Assembly: GCA_963753065.1 (NCBI GenBank)
Contig: CAVWAQ010000002.1
Span: forward strand, 535 to 64,534
DNA length: 64,000 nucleotides
Direction of reading: 5' to 3'
Origin: Candidatus Bathyarchaeota archaeon
GTDB lineage: Archaea > Thermoproteota > Bathyarchaeia > 40CM-2-53-6
Position numbers and translations under genes: made by a program. Positions 52,919-60,854 of the stretch are shown here, piece after piece (the stretch's first letter is position 1; the number at the start of each line of letters is the position of its first letter). The notes beneath the pieces are model-generated. The model saw nothing but the letters and a program-made list of their open reading frames with translations, was not told the DNA's origin and did no database searches.

Positions 52919-54739
52919 TCACAGGTCAGGGCAACTTGGCTGCTTTCCACGTTCTTCAATGAACATTCTATTCCAGTATTCGAGCCCGAGCATCGTCCAG
53001 GCCATGGCATACCAGCGCGTTCTTGACGGGTCTGGTGGTAACTGTATCTTCTCAAGGACCTTCGGATACCATCTAGCAGCGATTTGCGTCAAGGTCTTGG
53101 ATTCTGGCAGGTACTTCATTGCATACTCACCAAGGGCGCCCTTCCACCAGGAGTAGACATCAACACTGAAGCCCCACTTTGGCTTGGCGAAGCAGCTTTC
53201 CGGCAGTATTCCCTTCATTGCGGAACGAAGAAGAAGTTTCCCTGTGTCTGATGTCATTTGGTATTTGATTGGTACTCCGAGCATCAGTTCCACTAGGCTA
53301 TCGTCGAGAAGGGGAACTCTAACCTCAAGTGAGTGGGCCATGCTCATGGCGTCTTCCACGAGGAGATAATCATGTGGCAGTTTGGTATGAAATTCACAAC
53401 GGACAATTTTCTCTAGGAAATCACCCTTGCCTTGGAAATGTTCCTTTATGGATTCTGGAATTGTGGGGTCCAAGTCCGGTGGGGGGAAACCTGTGATTAT
53501 TGTGCAATAGGATTCGACTTCGCTGTTGAGTGCTTGGGCATATCTTGCCTTCTCTGTGGGAAGAACACGCGCCAAGGCTGCAAGTCTGTTAAGCGGAGAG
53601 AATCTCATTATGTTTGAGACTTGCCTGGCCCTTCTGAAACGTGCGGAGGTGGGATATCCACAGAAAATCTCATCCCCACCGAGCCCGCTTAAACATACCT
53701 TGCTGAATTTGCTTGCCGCTTCGTTGACAAACCAGGAATAAAGGTTGACCTTCGGCATTTCAGAGTGCCATATCATCCTTGGCAGAAGCTTCATGCCTTG
53801 ACTTGAGTCGATGAGGATTTCATGATGGTCCGTTCCGAACAACTCCGCGACTGCTCTCGCGTCTTTAAATTCGTCAGTATGCTCTCCAAACCCCATGCAG
53901 AAAGTGCGCAGTCCCTCGGGTCTGACCTTGCTTGCAAAAGCGACGACTGTGCTTGTGTCAAGTCCTCCGCTCAGAAATGCAGCTACCGGAACATCTGAAG
54001 TCTCCGTTTGCCTCAAAACAGAACTCCTCAATGCATTTCTGATTTCCTCGATTGCCGGATGATCGTCTCTGTGGCCCGCCGTTTTCCAATATGCTCCGGT
54101 GGTCATGAGACCGTTAGAGAGCTTCAAAAACGACGCGGGCGGCAACTGCTTGATCTCTTTGAACATAGACATTGGGCTCAGAAGATACCCGACTTCAAGG
54201 AGTTGCTCGACGGCTACCGGATTGACTGTTACGACATCCAGCACATCTGCGGCGAGTATTGCCTTGGCTTCAGACGAAAAAGCAAAGTCTAGATTAGCGC
54301 AAGTGTAGTAAAGCGGCTTGATTCCTACTCTATCTCTAGCAAGCATTAGCATCCGTTTTGTCGTGTCCCAGACGGAAAAGGCAAACATGCCTTCGAGTTT
54401 GCCTAACATCCTTTCTCCCCATTGCTCATAGGCATGTGCAATGACTTCCGTGTCGGAAAGGGAACTGAATCGATGTCCCATTTGCTGAAGAGTAGCCCTG
54501 AGTTCCCTGTGGTTGTATATCTCGCCGTTCAGAACCACCCACACGTTGCAGTCTTCAGTTGTTACAGGTTGGGCGCCGCCTTGAACATCAACGATTGCTA
54601 ATCTGTCACATCCTAGGGCTACATCATCGTCGACGTAGGTTCCGGTCTCATCAGGTCCCCGGTGCCTGATGGCATCAAGCATTCTGAGTAGTGTGTCCTT
54701 GCTGGCACAGTTACCGACTAGTCCTGCTATTCCGCAGAT
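52919..54739 (-). CDS. asnB: Asparagine synthase (glutamine-hydrolysing)-family amidotransferase
   Basis: The motifs are HRGPDE, LNGEIYN, and SGGLDTS (PP-loop). The ORF track starts at Met 54682, but the in-frame upstream sequence encodes CGIAGLVGNCASKDTLLR, with the nucleophile Cys at complement 54736-54734. That Cys is preceded by ATC and by GGAGG 9 nt further upstream. Confidence 0.85.
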   Translation of the reverse strand: MCGIAGLVGNCASKDTLLRMLDAIRHRGPDETGTYVDDDVALGCDRLAIVDVQGGAQPVTTEDCNVWVVLNGEIYNHRELRATLQQMGHRFSSLSDTEVIAHAYEQWGERMLGKLEGMFAFSVWDTTKRMLMLARDRVGIKPLYYTCANLDFAFSSEAKAILAADVLDVVTVNPVAVEQLLEVGYLLSPMSMFKEIKQLPPASFLKLSNGLMTTGAYWKTAGHRDDHPAIEEIRNALRSSVLRQTETSDVPVAAFLSGGLDTSTVVAFASKVRPEGLRTFCMGFGEHTDEFKDARAVAELFGTDHHEILIDSSQGMKLLPRMIWHSEMPKVNLYSWFVNEAASKFSKVCLSGLGGDEIFCGYPTSARFRRARQVSNIMRFSPLNRLAALARVLPTEKARYAQALNSEVESYCTIITGFPPPDLDPTIPESIKEHFQGKGDFLEKIVRCEFHTKLPHDYLLVEDAMSMAHSLEVRVPLLDDSLVELMLGVPIKYQMTSDTGKLLLRSAMKGILPESCFAKPKWGFSVDVYSWWKGALGEYAMKYLPESKTLTQIAARWYPKVLEKIQLPPDPSRTRWYAMAWTMLGLEYWNRMFIEERGKQPSCPDL

Positions 54740-54842
54740 CGATATTCGCCTCCGCTACATTGACAACGCTTTTGTCATTGGCTTTGTCAATCGATATGCT
54801 GACCAGCCAGACATGTCAGTTTTGCCACGCTATTGCCCGATA

Positions 54843-55826
54843 TTACCAAATTAGCGAGCACTGCTTCCACCGAAAAAGGCGTGAAAGGTAGGAGAGAGGA
54901 AATGCTAACGCATATCCAACACGGATGATCTGCTTTGCGGTCATATGGTCCTTGTACGCCTTGTCGTAGTCTGTTCTGCAATACGGATCAAGCCTCACAG
55001 TCGGATTCCAGAAGGTTTCGAAGTAGTCCCATGCCATTCTGATGGCATATCTCTTCGGGATAGACGCATTCCACAACAGATCAGAGAATAGACGTAGAAG
55101 AACATAGAGTGGATGGTATCCTAGCAGACGCATTCCTCTGCCCCATTCGTAGAAACTGTGCCCGCCAGTCGGCATGTCGGGCGTATCCTCCGGACTAGGG
55201 TGCCATGCCTCGATACCGAACCTTGTGAGCAATTCAAACCTGAGATCAGTATAGCATTCCAAACGGAAACCTAGTTGTTCAGCCTTGTGTAGTAGCCAGC
55301 TCTCGTAGCCGTACATTGTTGGAAAGCGAAATCCCAATTCCTTCATGACACGGAGTGTGACTAACCGTCCTGCACCTTGCGGAGCTTTCCGTCTGTCTAG
55401 CGGGAGTGGGACGCCCCAGTCTCCGCTTGCTACATCAATCCGATCCTCTGACATCCGGACGGCCAGTTTCTCTACGTAATCCCGAGGAAACACGCAATCA
55501 TCCGCGTGGAAGAAATAGTACTGGAAATCAATGTCCAATCCCCGCAATATGTCAAGTGCCTTGTTATAGTGGTGCACGATCACGACGGAGTGCTTATCGG
55601 GTAGGTCGTTCCTACACGCAATGAAAACCTCGGGGTATTCCTTGGCGTAGTCAACGAGTCGTTGCCATGTGCCGTCTCTGCTTCCGCCATCTACTGCGCA
55701 TACCACAGTTGGAGCGACGGTCTGTCCCATGATTGAGTCAATGGCGCGCTCGATTGTTTTCATCCCGTTCAATGTCGGGAGTATGACTGCGTAGCTACAT
55801 TGCACCGGAGTCCACCCCTCTGACAT
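54843..55826 (-). CDS. Family 2 glycosyltransferase
   Basis: AVILPTLNG...VVCAVDGGSRDGT and FFHADDCVFPRDY are present. Confidence 0.8.
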   Translation of the reverse strand: MSEGWTPVQCSYAVILPTLNGMKTIERAIDSIMGQTVAPTVVCAVDGGSRDGTWQRLVDYAKEYPEVFIACRNDLPDKHSVVIVHHYNKALDILRGLDIDFQYYFFHADDCVFPRDYVEKLAVRMSEDRIDVASGDWGVPLPLDRRKAPQGAGRLVTLRVMKELGFRFPTMYGYESWLLHKAEQLGFRLECYTDLRFELLTRFGIEAWHPSPEDTPDMPTGGHSFYEWGRGMRLLGYHPLYVLLRLFSDLLWNASIPKRYAIRMAWDYFETFWNPTVRLDPYCRTDYDKAYKDHMTAKQIIRVGYALAFPLSYLSRLFRWKQCSLIW

Positions 55827-56769
55827 TCTGCGTTCTTATTCCGTAACGTCCTAGAAAGTTGCGAATTTCACGATGCCACTGTTTGTCTAGGTCCAAGGTG
55901 TCAGTGCTTTTCTTCAGTGCTACATGCGGGTCCGATATCCTTTCCGTTGTGTCGTCGAAAACCAAGACATCATCTTCACCGTTCTTTGCGATCGACCATA
56001 TCCCTTGGGCATGATCTTGCCTGATAGTGATCTTCGCTCTTTTCCAAGCGAAGTATTGTTGCATGTCACCCATTATCCTGGTTACCCACCAGAGGCGCTC
56101 TTCTTGGTTCAGTGGCTTCGGGTAATCCGGTGCAGACTTTATCACCTTCGCCGGGATTCCCACTGCCAGCGAATGGGGCGGGATCGAGCTTCTAACGAGT
56201 GCTCTTGCTCCAATCGTGCTACCTTCTCCGATAGTCACATTTGGCATTATGAACACGTCCCACGGTATCCAAACGCCGTTACCGATTTTCACCGGTCCAA
56301 ATTCTATCGGGTACCCATTAAGAGGACTCTGCCACGAGCCGTGTGTAAAGAGCTTGCAGTAGCCTCCCACCCCAACGTCGTCTCCTATCTCAACGGGATA
56401 GGTTGTGTTGATGAAAGAGTGTGCCATGATGCTAGAACGTTTGCCCAATGACAGTCGCGAATCGGGAGAATCCATTCCTCCGACCGTGACGTCATTTGTG
56501 ATCTCGCTATCATCCGCCATTTCCAAAGTGCGAACACGCATCTGATTTCTGTGGCCGATCCAAACACGTTTGCCCAATTTGATTGTCTCAGCAATTATAT
56601 GTGTGCCAACCCCTACTCGCACGTTATCTGCGATTTCGACGTGTTCTGCCAGTATTAGTGATCCAAAACCTATCTTCGCTTTATGTCCAACATGACCTCT
56701 TGATTTCAGATACCCGATTTTCGCAGTACTTGGCAGATATGAAAACGCGTATCGGGTCAACGTGTTCAT
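55795..56769 (-). CDS. Hexapeptide-repeat (left-handed beta-helix) acetyltransferase
   Basis: There are repeated [LIV]-G-x4 hexads (IGDDVGVGGYCKL, IGNGVWIPWDVFI, IGEGSTIGARALV) and ...PHSLAVGIPAKVI. Confidence 0.8.
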   Translation of the reverse strand: MNTLTRYAFSYLPSTAKIGYLKSRGHVGHKAKIGFGSLILAEHVEIADNVRVGVGTHIIAETIKLGKRVWIGHRNQMRVRTLEMADDSEITNDVTVGGMDSPDSRLSLGKRSSIMAHSFINTTYPVEIGDDVGVGGYCKLFTHGSWQSPLNGYPIEFGPVKIGNGVWIPWDVFIMPNVTIGEGSTIGARALVRSSIPPHSLAVGIPAKVIKSAPDYPKPLNQEERLWWVTRIMGDMQQYFAWKRAKITIRQDHAQGIWSIAKNGEDDVLVFDDTTERISDPHVALKKSTDTLDLDKQWHREIRNFLGRYGIRTQNVRGVDSGAM

Positions 56770-57437
56770 TCTTTCTTCTCACCCGATTCGTCAGGTCGCC
56801 TGGGAACGAGCTCATAGAGGCAACGGACGTAGTGGGGCAAGAGATGTGGATAGTCGCAGTGGAAGACTAACCACTCGTCTTTCTGAGGCTTGCGTTGTCC
56901 GCAGGCATACTGAATGTCAAACCACCAATTGGTTTGAGGTACATCAAGTTCAGGCTGCCAATGAACCTCATTAGAGCTACGATGCCAATGTCTTACCGCG
57001 TTGAGTCCATGCCCGCGGAGCACGTCTGGCTGCAAATCCGGGTAAGCTTTCACAACATCGTCATTGATGCCAAAGATACTCTTGATTCCAAGCAAGGAGT
57101 CTATTTGATGAAGCGTCCACATGTGCTCGTAGCACTCATCATAGACGCTTCGGCAATATCGCCTCAGAAATGGGAGTTTCTTACTTACTGCATACAGGAT
57201 GAGTTTGAGGCCTCTTTCCAGGGCCCATCGTCCAGACGGGTATGGATTATCGTAGTCATGCAGAACTCTGACGCTCTTGATCATGTCTTCTCTCTCGATC
57301 TGTTCTGGTGTGAGCGTAGTAAGCCATATGCCAGAAGAGGAGCTGTGGCTGCAAGGAACAATATGTATGATGCCCATCTGCTTGACCTTTCCATGATCAT
57401 GTCGACACGGCGTATTGACTTGTGTTGTTGAAGCCAC
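56766..57437 (-). CDS. Uncharacterised protein, paralog of 50095-50649
   Basis: See 50095-50649. It is the first gene of the 57437-to-51982 minus-strand operon-like run. Confidence 0.55.
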   Translation of the reverse strand: MASTTQVNTPCRHDHGKVKQMGIIHIVPCSHSSSSGIWLTTLTPEQIEREDMIKSVRVLHDYDNPYPSGRWALERGLKLILYAVSKKLPFLRRYCRSVYDECYEHMWTLHQIDSLLGIKSIFGINDDVVKAYPDLQPDVLRGHGLNAVRHWHRSSNEVHWQPELDVPQTNWWFDIQYACGQRKPQKDEWLVFHCDYPHLLPHYVRCLYELVPRRPDESGEKKE

Positions 57438-57720
57438 GCATGTTTTCTGTGCACAGCTCTGGCAATCTCATTTGGATCTTGGTCGCTCACTTCACGCGGC
57501 TCTCCTTGTTTTCGGCTCGTTCTCCAATATCTTCTCTCCGAAAAAAAAGGATCTCATGAGGGCTTTCAAGAGTTTGCGGTGCGAACACTTATAAGGAGTA
57601 CCTAATCCTTCGCCGACTTAGTTAGGTCCACAGTGGAAGGTTCGCTGTTAGCCGTAACGTGTATGCGTGTAGGCCAACGCTCCTTTTCCCTGTCCTAGCG
57701 TAGAACGACTCTGACGCGAG

Positions 57721-57951
57721 GTGAATCTGTTAATGTCCGAGGAAAGATCCGGTGGCAGATCCTTCAACAAGCCAGTTGAAGAGGGCAAAGAGTACGAGGT
57801 TGACATCAAAGAGACCAGCCGCAAAGGCGACGGTGTCGCCCGCGTGGAAGGCTTCGTCATCTTCGTCCCCGAGACCAAGCCTGGTGACCACGTGAAAGTG
57901 CGTGTTACTCAGGTCGGCCCCAGATTTGCAACCGCCGAGGTCGTCAAGTAG
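57721..57951 (+). CDS. TRAM-domain protein
   Basis: PVEEGKEYEVDIKETSRKGDGVARVEGFVIFVPETKPGDHVKVRVTQVGPRFATAEV is the canonical small archaeal TRAM sequence pattern. Confidence 0.75.
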   Translation: MNLLMSEERSGGRSFNKPVEEGKEYEVDIKETSRKGDGVARVEGFVIFVPETKPGDHVKVRVTQVGPRFATAEVVK

Positions 57952-58036
57952 ACGCCTCCTACAAAAACCACCGAACGTTTCGGTGCTGCAATACTCCATT
58001 TTTTCTTTCGACCTATTATGCGTGGGCTGGCTCCCA

Positions 58037-58473
58037 TGACCATGATGAGAGCGCGTGCAAGCTCCTCTCTTCAGACATGGAGTAAGCGAGCCCTCAGCAG
58101 TCTCAAGCGAGCGGCAGCATAGCCCCCAAACGAGCCATTGAGACTCGCGACGAACAGCACCCTGAACGCCAATTGTGGCCACGGTTGAATACATGACCAT
58201 AACTGGACGAGCGCAAGCTTCCGACTTCAGTCGCGGAGACAATCAAATGCAGTCTCTTGGATGGATTGTGGCTTAGAGGCGCACCGGGACGCAGTTGGCG
58301 TCTTGAATATAGCTGCTCGTTACGGCGAGTATGCTGTCAGGCCGATGGTTTGGCCTATGCTTCTACGATGGGATGGATGCGGGTGGAACCGCAACAGCGG
58401 AATGCCCACCAAGCGAAGAGGATCATTGTGGAAGCATGAATCCCCGCGACCTTTAGTCGCGGAGAGAGTCAAG
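58037..58473 (+). repeat. Copy B: hairpin half-unit + structured insert (with a nested intact hairpin unit at 58194-58246) + terminal hairpin
   Basis: TGACCATGATGAGAGCGCGTGCAAGCTCCTCTCTTCAG | ACATGGAGTAAGCGAGCCCTCAGCAG...GGTGGAACCGCAACAGCGGAATGCCCACC...GGAAGCATGAATCCCCGCGACCTTTAG | TCGCGGAGAGAGTCAAG. It is collinear with copy A. Confidence 0.7.
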
Positions 58474-58771
58474 ATTCAAGCAAGCCTATGTTCTGTAACT
58501 TCCGGACTCTGGTTTCATGGCCCGAAGTTTACCTCGGGGAGCCTTGGAAGCTAAAGGAAGAATAGGTCTAGGTTGGGGATGTCAAGAGAGGGAGCGGGTC
58601 AATCTGTCAATCGAACGAGTTCTATTCTCGTGTGCACCCCGGACGGGACTCCCAAGTGTTCAGCTAGGGAAGACCGTCAGAGTGTCGTTGCGGAGGCATT
58701 CATGGGCTGAATCGCGAGGGAAGAGAAAAGGTTATTTGTGGTATTTTGGCATAGCTCTGGCTGGTGGTAAA

Positions 58772-59038
58772 ATGGCACAGGTCGTCGAAAGTGACGCGTC
58801 AGGAAGGATAGTAATCCCGAAGACCGTGCGCCAGGCGCTGGGAATCAAGGGGAGGACGCGGTTCCTGCTCGTGGAGCGGGGCGAGGGTCAACTGATGCTC
58901 CAAAAACTCGAGGTTGATGAGATTGCACGTAGACTTGAGAGGGAGCTCGCTGGAAAGGACATCGATGCCATTGTTCGAAAAGTCAGAGAAGAAGTCAACA
59001 AGAAGATCAAGACCCAGTATCCGGACCTTCTTCGTTGA
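58772..59038 (+). CDS. AbrB/SpoVT-type antitoxin
   Basis: The internal ATG at 58772 is preceded by GGTGGT. DASGRIVIPKTVRQALGIKGRTRFLLVERGEGQLML is the AbrB-like signature. Confidence 0.8.
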   Translation: MAQVVESDASGRIVIPKTVRQALGIKGRTRFLLVERGEGQLMLQKLEVDEIARRLERELAGKDIDAIVRKVREEVNKKIKTQYPDLLR

Positions 59039-59450
59039 CAGCAACGTCTTCATCGCCGCCATAAAGAATCCGAGGAAGCGCACACGGACGCTCGAGCTAC
59101 TCATTAGGATGATCGAAGATCCAAGCATCAGTCTCGTTGGAAACGAGCTCCTCACATATGAGATGCTGCGCTACGCGGAGCTCCTGAAGTCCCCTATTGC
59201 CGCGGCTCTCGTTGCTGCTCTCCTTGACAAGACCGCCATTGTCTCAGTCTCGGAGAACTATCGGAGGGTATGTACGGCTTATCTCAAGACGCCTGACCCA
59301 GCAGACGTGCTACACGCCGCAACATGTCTCCAGGCCGGCGCAGTGCTAGTAACGAATGACCGCCACTTCAGAAGAATAAAGAAGAAAGGCATAATCGATG
59401 TCTGGACAATTGCAGAGGCAATCCGAAGGTTGATTAGCTCTTCGGAATGA
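58965..59450 (+). CDS. vapC: PIN-domain toxin (VapC-like); start uncertain
   Basis: The PIN motifs are FFVDSNVFIAA, GNELLTYE, DVLHAATCL...VTNDRHF. The nearest in-frame ATG is at 58965, overlapping the antitoxin. Confidence 0.7.
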   Translation: MPLFEKSEKKSTRRSRPSIRTFFVDSNVFIAAIKNPRKRTRTLELLIRMIEDPSISLVGNELLTYEMLRYAELLKSPIAAALVAALLDKTAIVSVSENYRRVCTAYLKTPDPADVLHAATCLQAGAVLVTNDRHFRRIKKKGIIDVWTIAEAIRRLISSSE

Positions 59451-59627
59451 ATGCTCCGCCGCATCAGAATTGGCGAACGTTGCCTCCTCCTTCACTTTCG
59501 ATATCGATGCTCGTGTGGTAGAAGCCTCGGTGTCCAAGCCGTGTGAGACGTGCTGCCGAAGGCTCTCCGCGCTATGACTGCGGATCCCGTTCTTGGAATC
59601 ATATTGCATCAACTGGAGTTGCAGGTC

Positions 59628-59696
59628 CTGACCATAACTGGCCGAGCGCAAGCTCCCGACTTCAGTCGAGGAGAGAATCAACAGTTGTGTCGGTCA
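59628..59696 (+). repeat. Intact hairpin repeat unit D
   Basis: The sequence is CTGACCATAACTGGCCGAGCGCAAGCTCCCGACTTCAGTCGAGGAGAGAATCAACAGTTGTGTCGGTCA. The central hairpin is CTCCCGAC-TTCA-GTCG(A)GGAG. Outer short inverted repeats are TGACC/GGTCA and AACTG/CAGTT. It lies between convergent TA modules and overlaps the vapC stop codon (59694-59696). Confidence 0.6.
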
Positions 59697-60074
59697 ATCG
59701 AATAGCTTCAACTCGTGTGCTCTTAGGGGTTTGAAGTGTCTAAGGTTCAGGGTGTATAAGCTTGCTCCGTTGTTGATCGTCACGGCGGCTATGATCGCAT
59801 CTGTTCTACGTATGGTTGTGCCGGCTTTCTCAGTCTCCGCCTCCAACTTGGCGGATAGTTGCGCGTCTTCTTTTCCGAAGCTTAGCACGGGTAACTGTAG
59901 AACTTCTCTTACGGGTTTAGCGTATTTGTGCAAGCCGTACATGATCTCGTGGAGGTTTATCGCGGTAATGCTGATCTTGTCGTCACTTTCAAGGATCTTT
60001 CTCAGGGCTTCATCGCCCTTCCCGGATCGTTTGTCGAAGATCTCAATCAGAACGCCGGTATCCAGTACTACCAT
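59694..60074 (-). CDS. vapC: PIN-domain toxin VapC
   Basis: The PIN signature is MVVLDTGVLIEIF...ITAINLHEIMYG...DAIIAAVTINNGASLYTLNLRHF. Confidence 0.85.
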   Translation of the reverse strand: MVVLDTGVLIEIFDKRSGKGDEALRKILESDDKISITAINLHEIMYGLHKYAKPVREVLQLPVLSFGKEDAQLSAKLEAETEKAGTTIRRTDAIIAAVTINNGASLYTLNLRHFKPLRAHELKLFD

Positions 60075-60283
60075 GTTCTGCGCTCGACTCTATGAGTTTG
60101 GATTTCTGAAAGCATTCGCTCCTTGTCCGTGAATTCGACGCATCCCCTGAGCTTCTTCAGGAGTTCCGGCGTGCTGATGTCTTCGGTGAGCCTTTCGAAT
60201 AGTTTGCTGAAGCTTTCGTCTCTTCTCTTGACCGCCAGGAGCTTCCTGTAAACTTCATCGCGTATCGTTATGGTCTTCGTCAA
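60068..60283 (-). CDS. vapB: VapB-like antitoxin (small ribbon-helix/DUF217-like)
   Basis: The 71-aa ORF begins MTKTITIRDEVYRKLLAVKRRDESFSKLFERL and overlaps the vapC start by 7 nt. Confidence 0.75.
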   Translation of the reverse strand: MTKTITIRDEVYRKLLAVKRRDESFSKLFERLTEDISTPELLKKLRGCVEFTDKERMLSEIQTHRVERRTW

Positions 60284-60447
60284 GGCTCCTCAATGGAGCG
60301 GGGATGTTTAAACATAGATTTAGACCCACGACCACGCTTCGCGCCCAGATTTCGCGCTTAGCTTCTTCCATGGAAAATATGTGCGCGTCTATGATCATGT
60401 CGACTCTACCGCCATCGATCGCACGTATGACATCATCATAATTCGTA

Positions 60448-60499
60448 GCCACGACTAGGCGAGTGCGAGCTCCCGACTTCAATCACGGAGAGAATCAAG
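60448..60499 (+). repeat. Degenerate hairpin repeat unit E
   Basis: GCCACGACTAGGCGAGTGCGAGCTCCCGACTTCAATCACGGAGAGAATCAAG is the same unit with a weakened 3' arm. It overlaps the stop of the 60495-60749 gene. Confidence 0.5.
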
Positions 60500-60749
60500 A
60501 AGTGAGCGGCAGGCCTGCGCAGCCGACCTTGCCTCTTACTCGTCTGTTGAAGTTGGGGCAAGTGAAACATTCGACGAAGGATACTCTCTTCGCCTTGACT
60601 GGGCAATCGACAGCTTCCTTCTTCATCTTCGCTAGAGCTTTGCCTTTCACTGCGCCCTTGATCGCTTCGAGACTATCTTTGGGTGTAGGGATCGCCTTCG
60701 GAACCTCTATGACGTCAACTGTGTACTTGTCTTCTGGGATTTCGCTCAA
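60495..60749 (-). CDS. Small Cys-containing protein (hypothetical)
   Basis: The 84-aa ORF has the pattern CPVKAKRVSFVECFTCPNFNRRVRGKVGC. Confidence 0.4.
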   Translation of the reverse strand: MSEIPEDKYTVDVIEVPKAIPTPKDSLEAIKGAVKGKALAKMKKEAVDCPVKAKRVSFVECFTCPNFNRRVRGKVGCAGLPLTS

Positions 60750-60854
60750 GCCCGATCACTCAGATCCTCAGTGCATCATTCGGACTAGAGAGGCGTCAGA
60801 ATGGGTCGGGTCTTAAATGATTTCCGATCGTTCCCGTGCGGCCATCCTAATGCT

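Noticed and set aside
57541-57548. The A8 run (T8 on the minus strand) could be a terminator.
   Set aside because: On the minus strand it lies upstream of the 57437 start, with no credible gene ending just before it. On the plus strand it is an A-run, not a T-run.
59628-59696. Unit D could be a canonical integron attC site.
   Set aside because: Only about 5 bp of outer pairing (AACTG/CAGTT, plus TGACC/GGTCA) flank a large internal loop, so there is no near-continuous R''-L''/L'-R' stem. The boxes (CCATAAC, GTTGTGT) deviate from RYYYAAC/GTTRRRY. No intI lies in the window. I keep it only as a hypothesis to test with the covariance model.
60255-60482. ORF 60255-60482 (RLVVATNYDDVIRAIDGGRVDMIID...) could be a PIN-like or RNase P p30-like gene.
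   Set aside because: Its N-terminus is encoded by the reverse complement of repeat unit E and it overlaps the vapB start. The resemblance to PIN or Rpp30 is too weak to call. It may be a gene fragment.
58194-60499. The hairpin-containing repeats (…CCCGACTTCAGTCGCGGAGAGAATCAA…) could be a CRISPR array.
   Set aside because: The spacing between copies is about 230, 1200 and 800 bp and the intervals contain whole genes. The copies are degenerate, and there are no cas genes or leader. This is not a CRISPR array.
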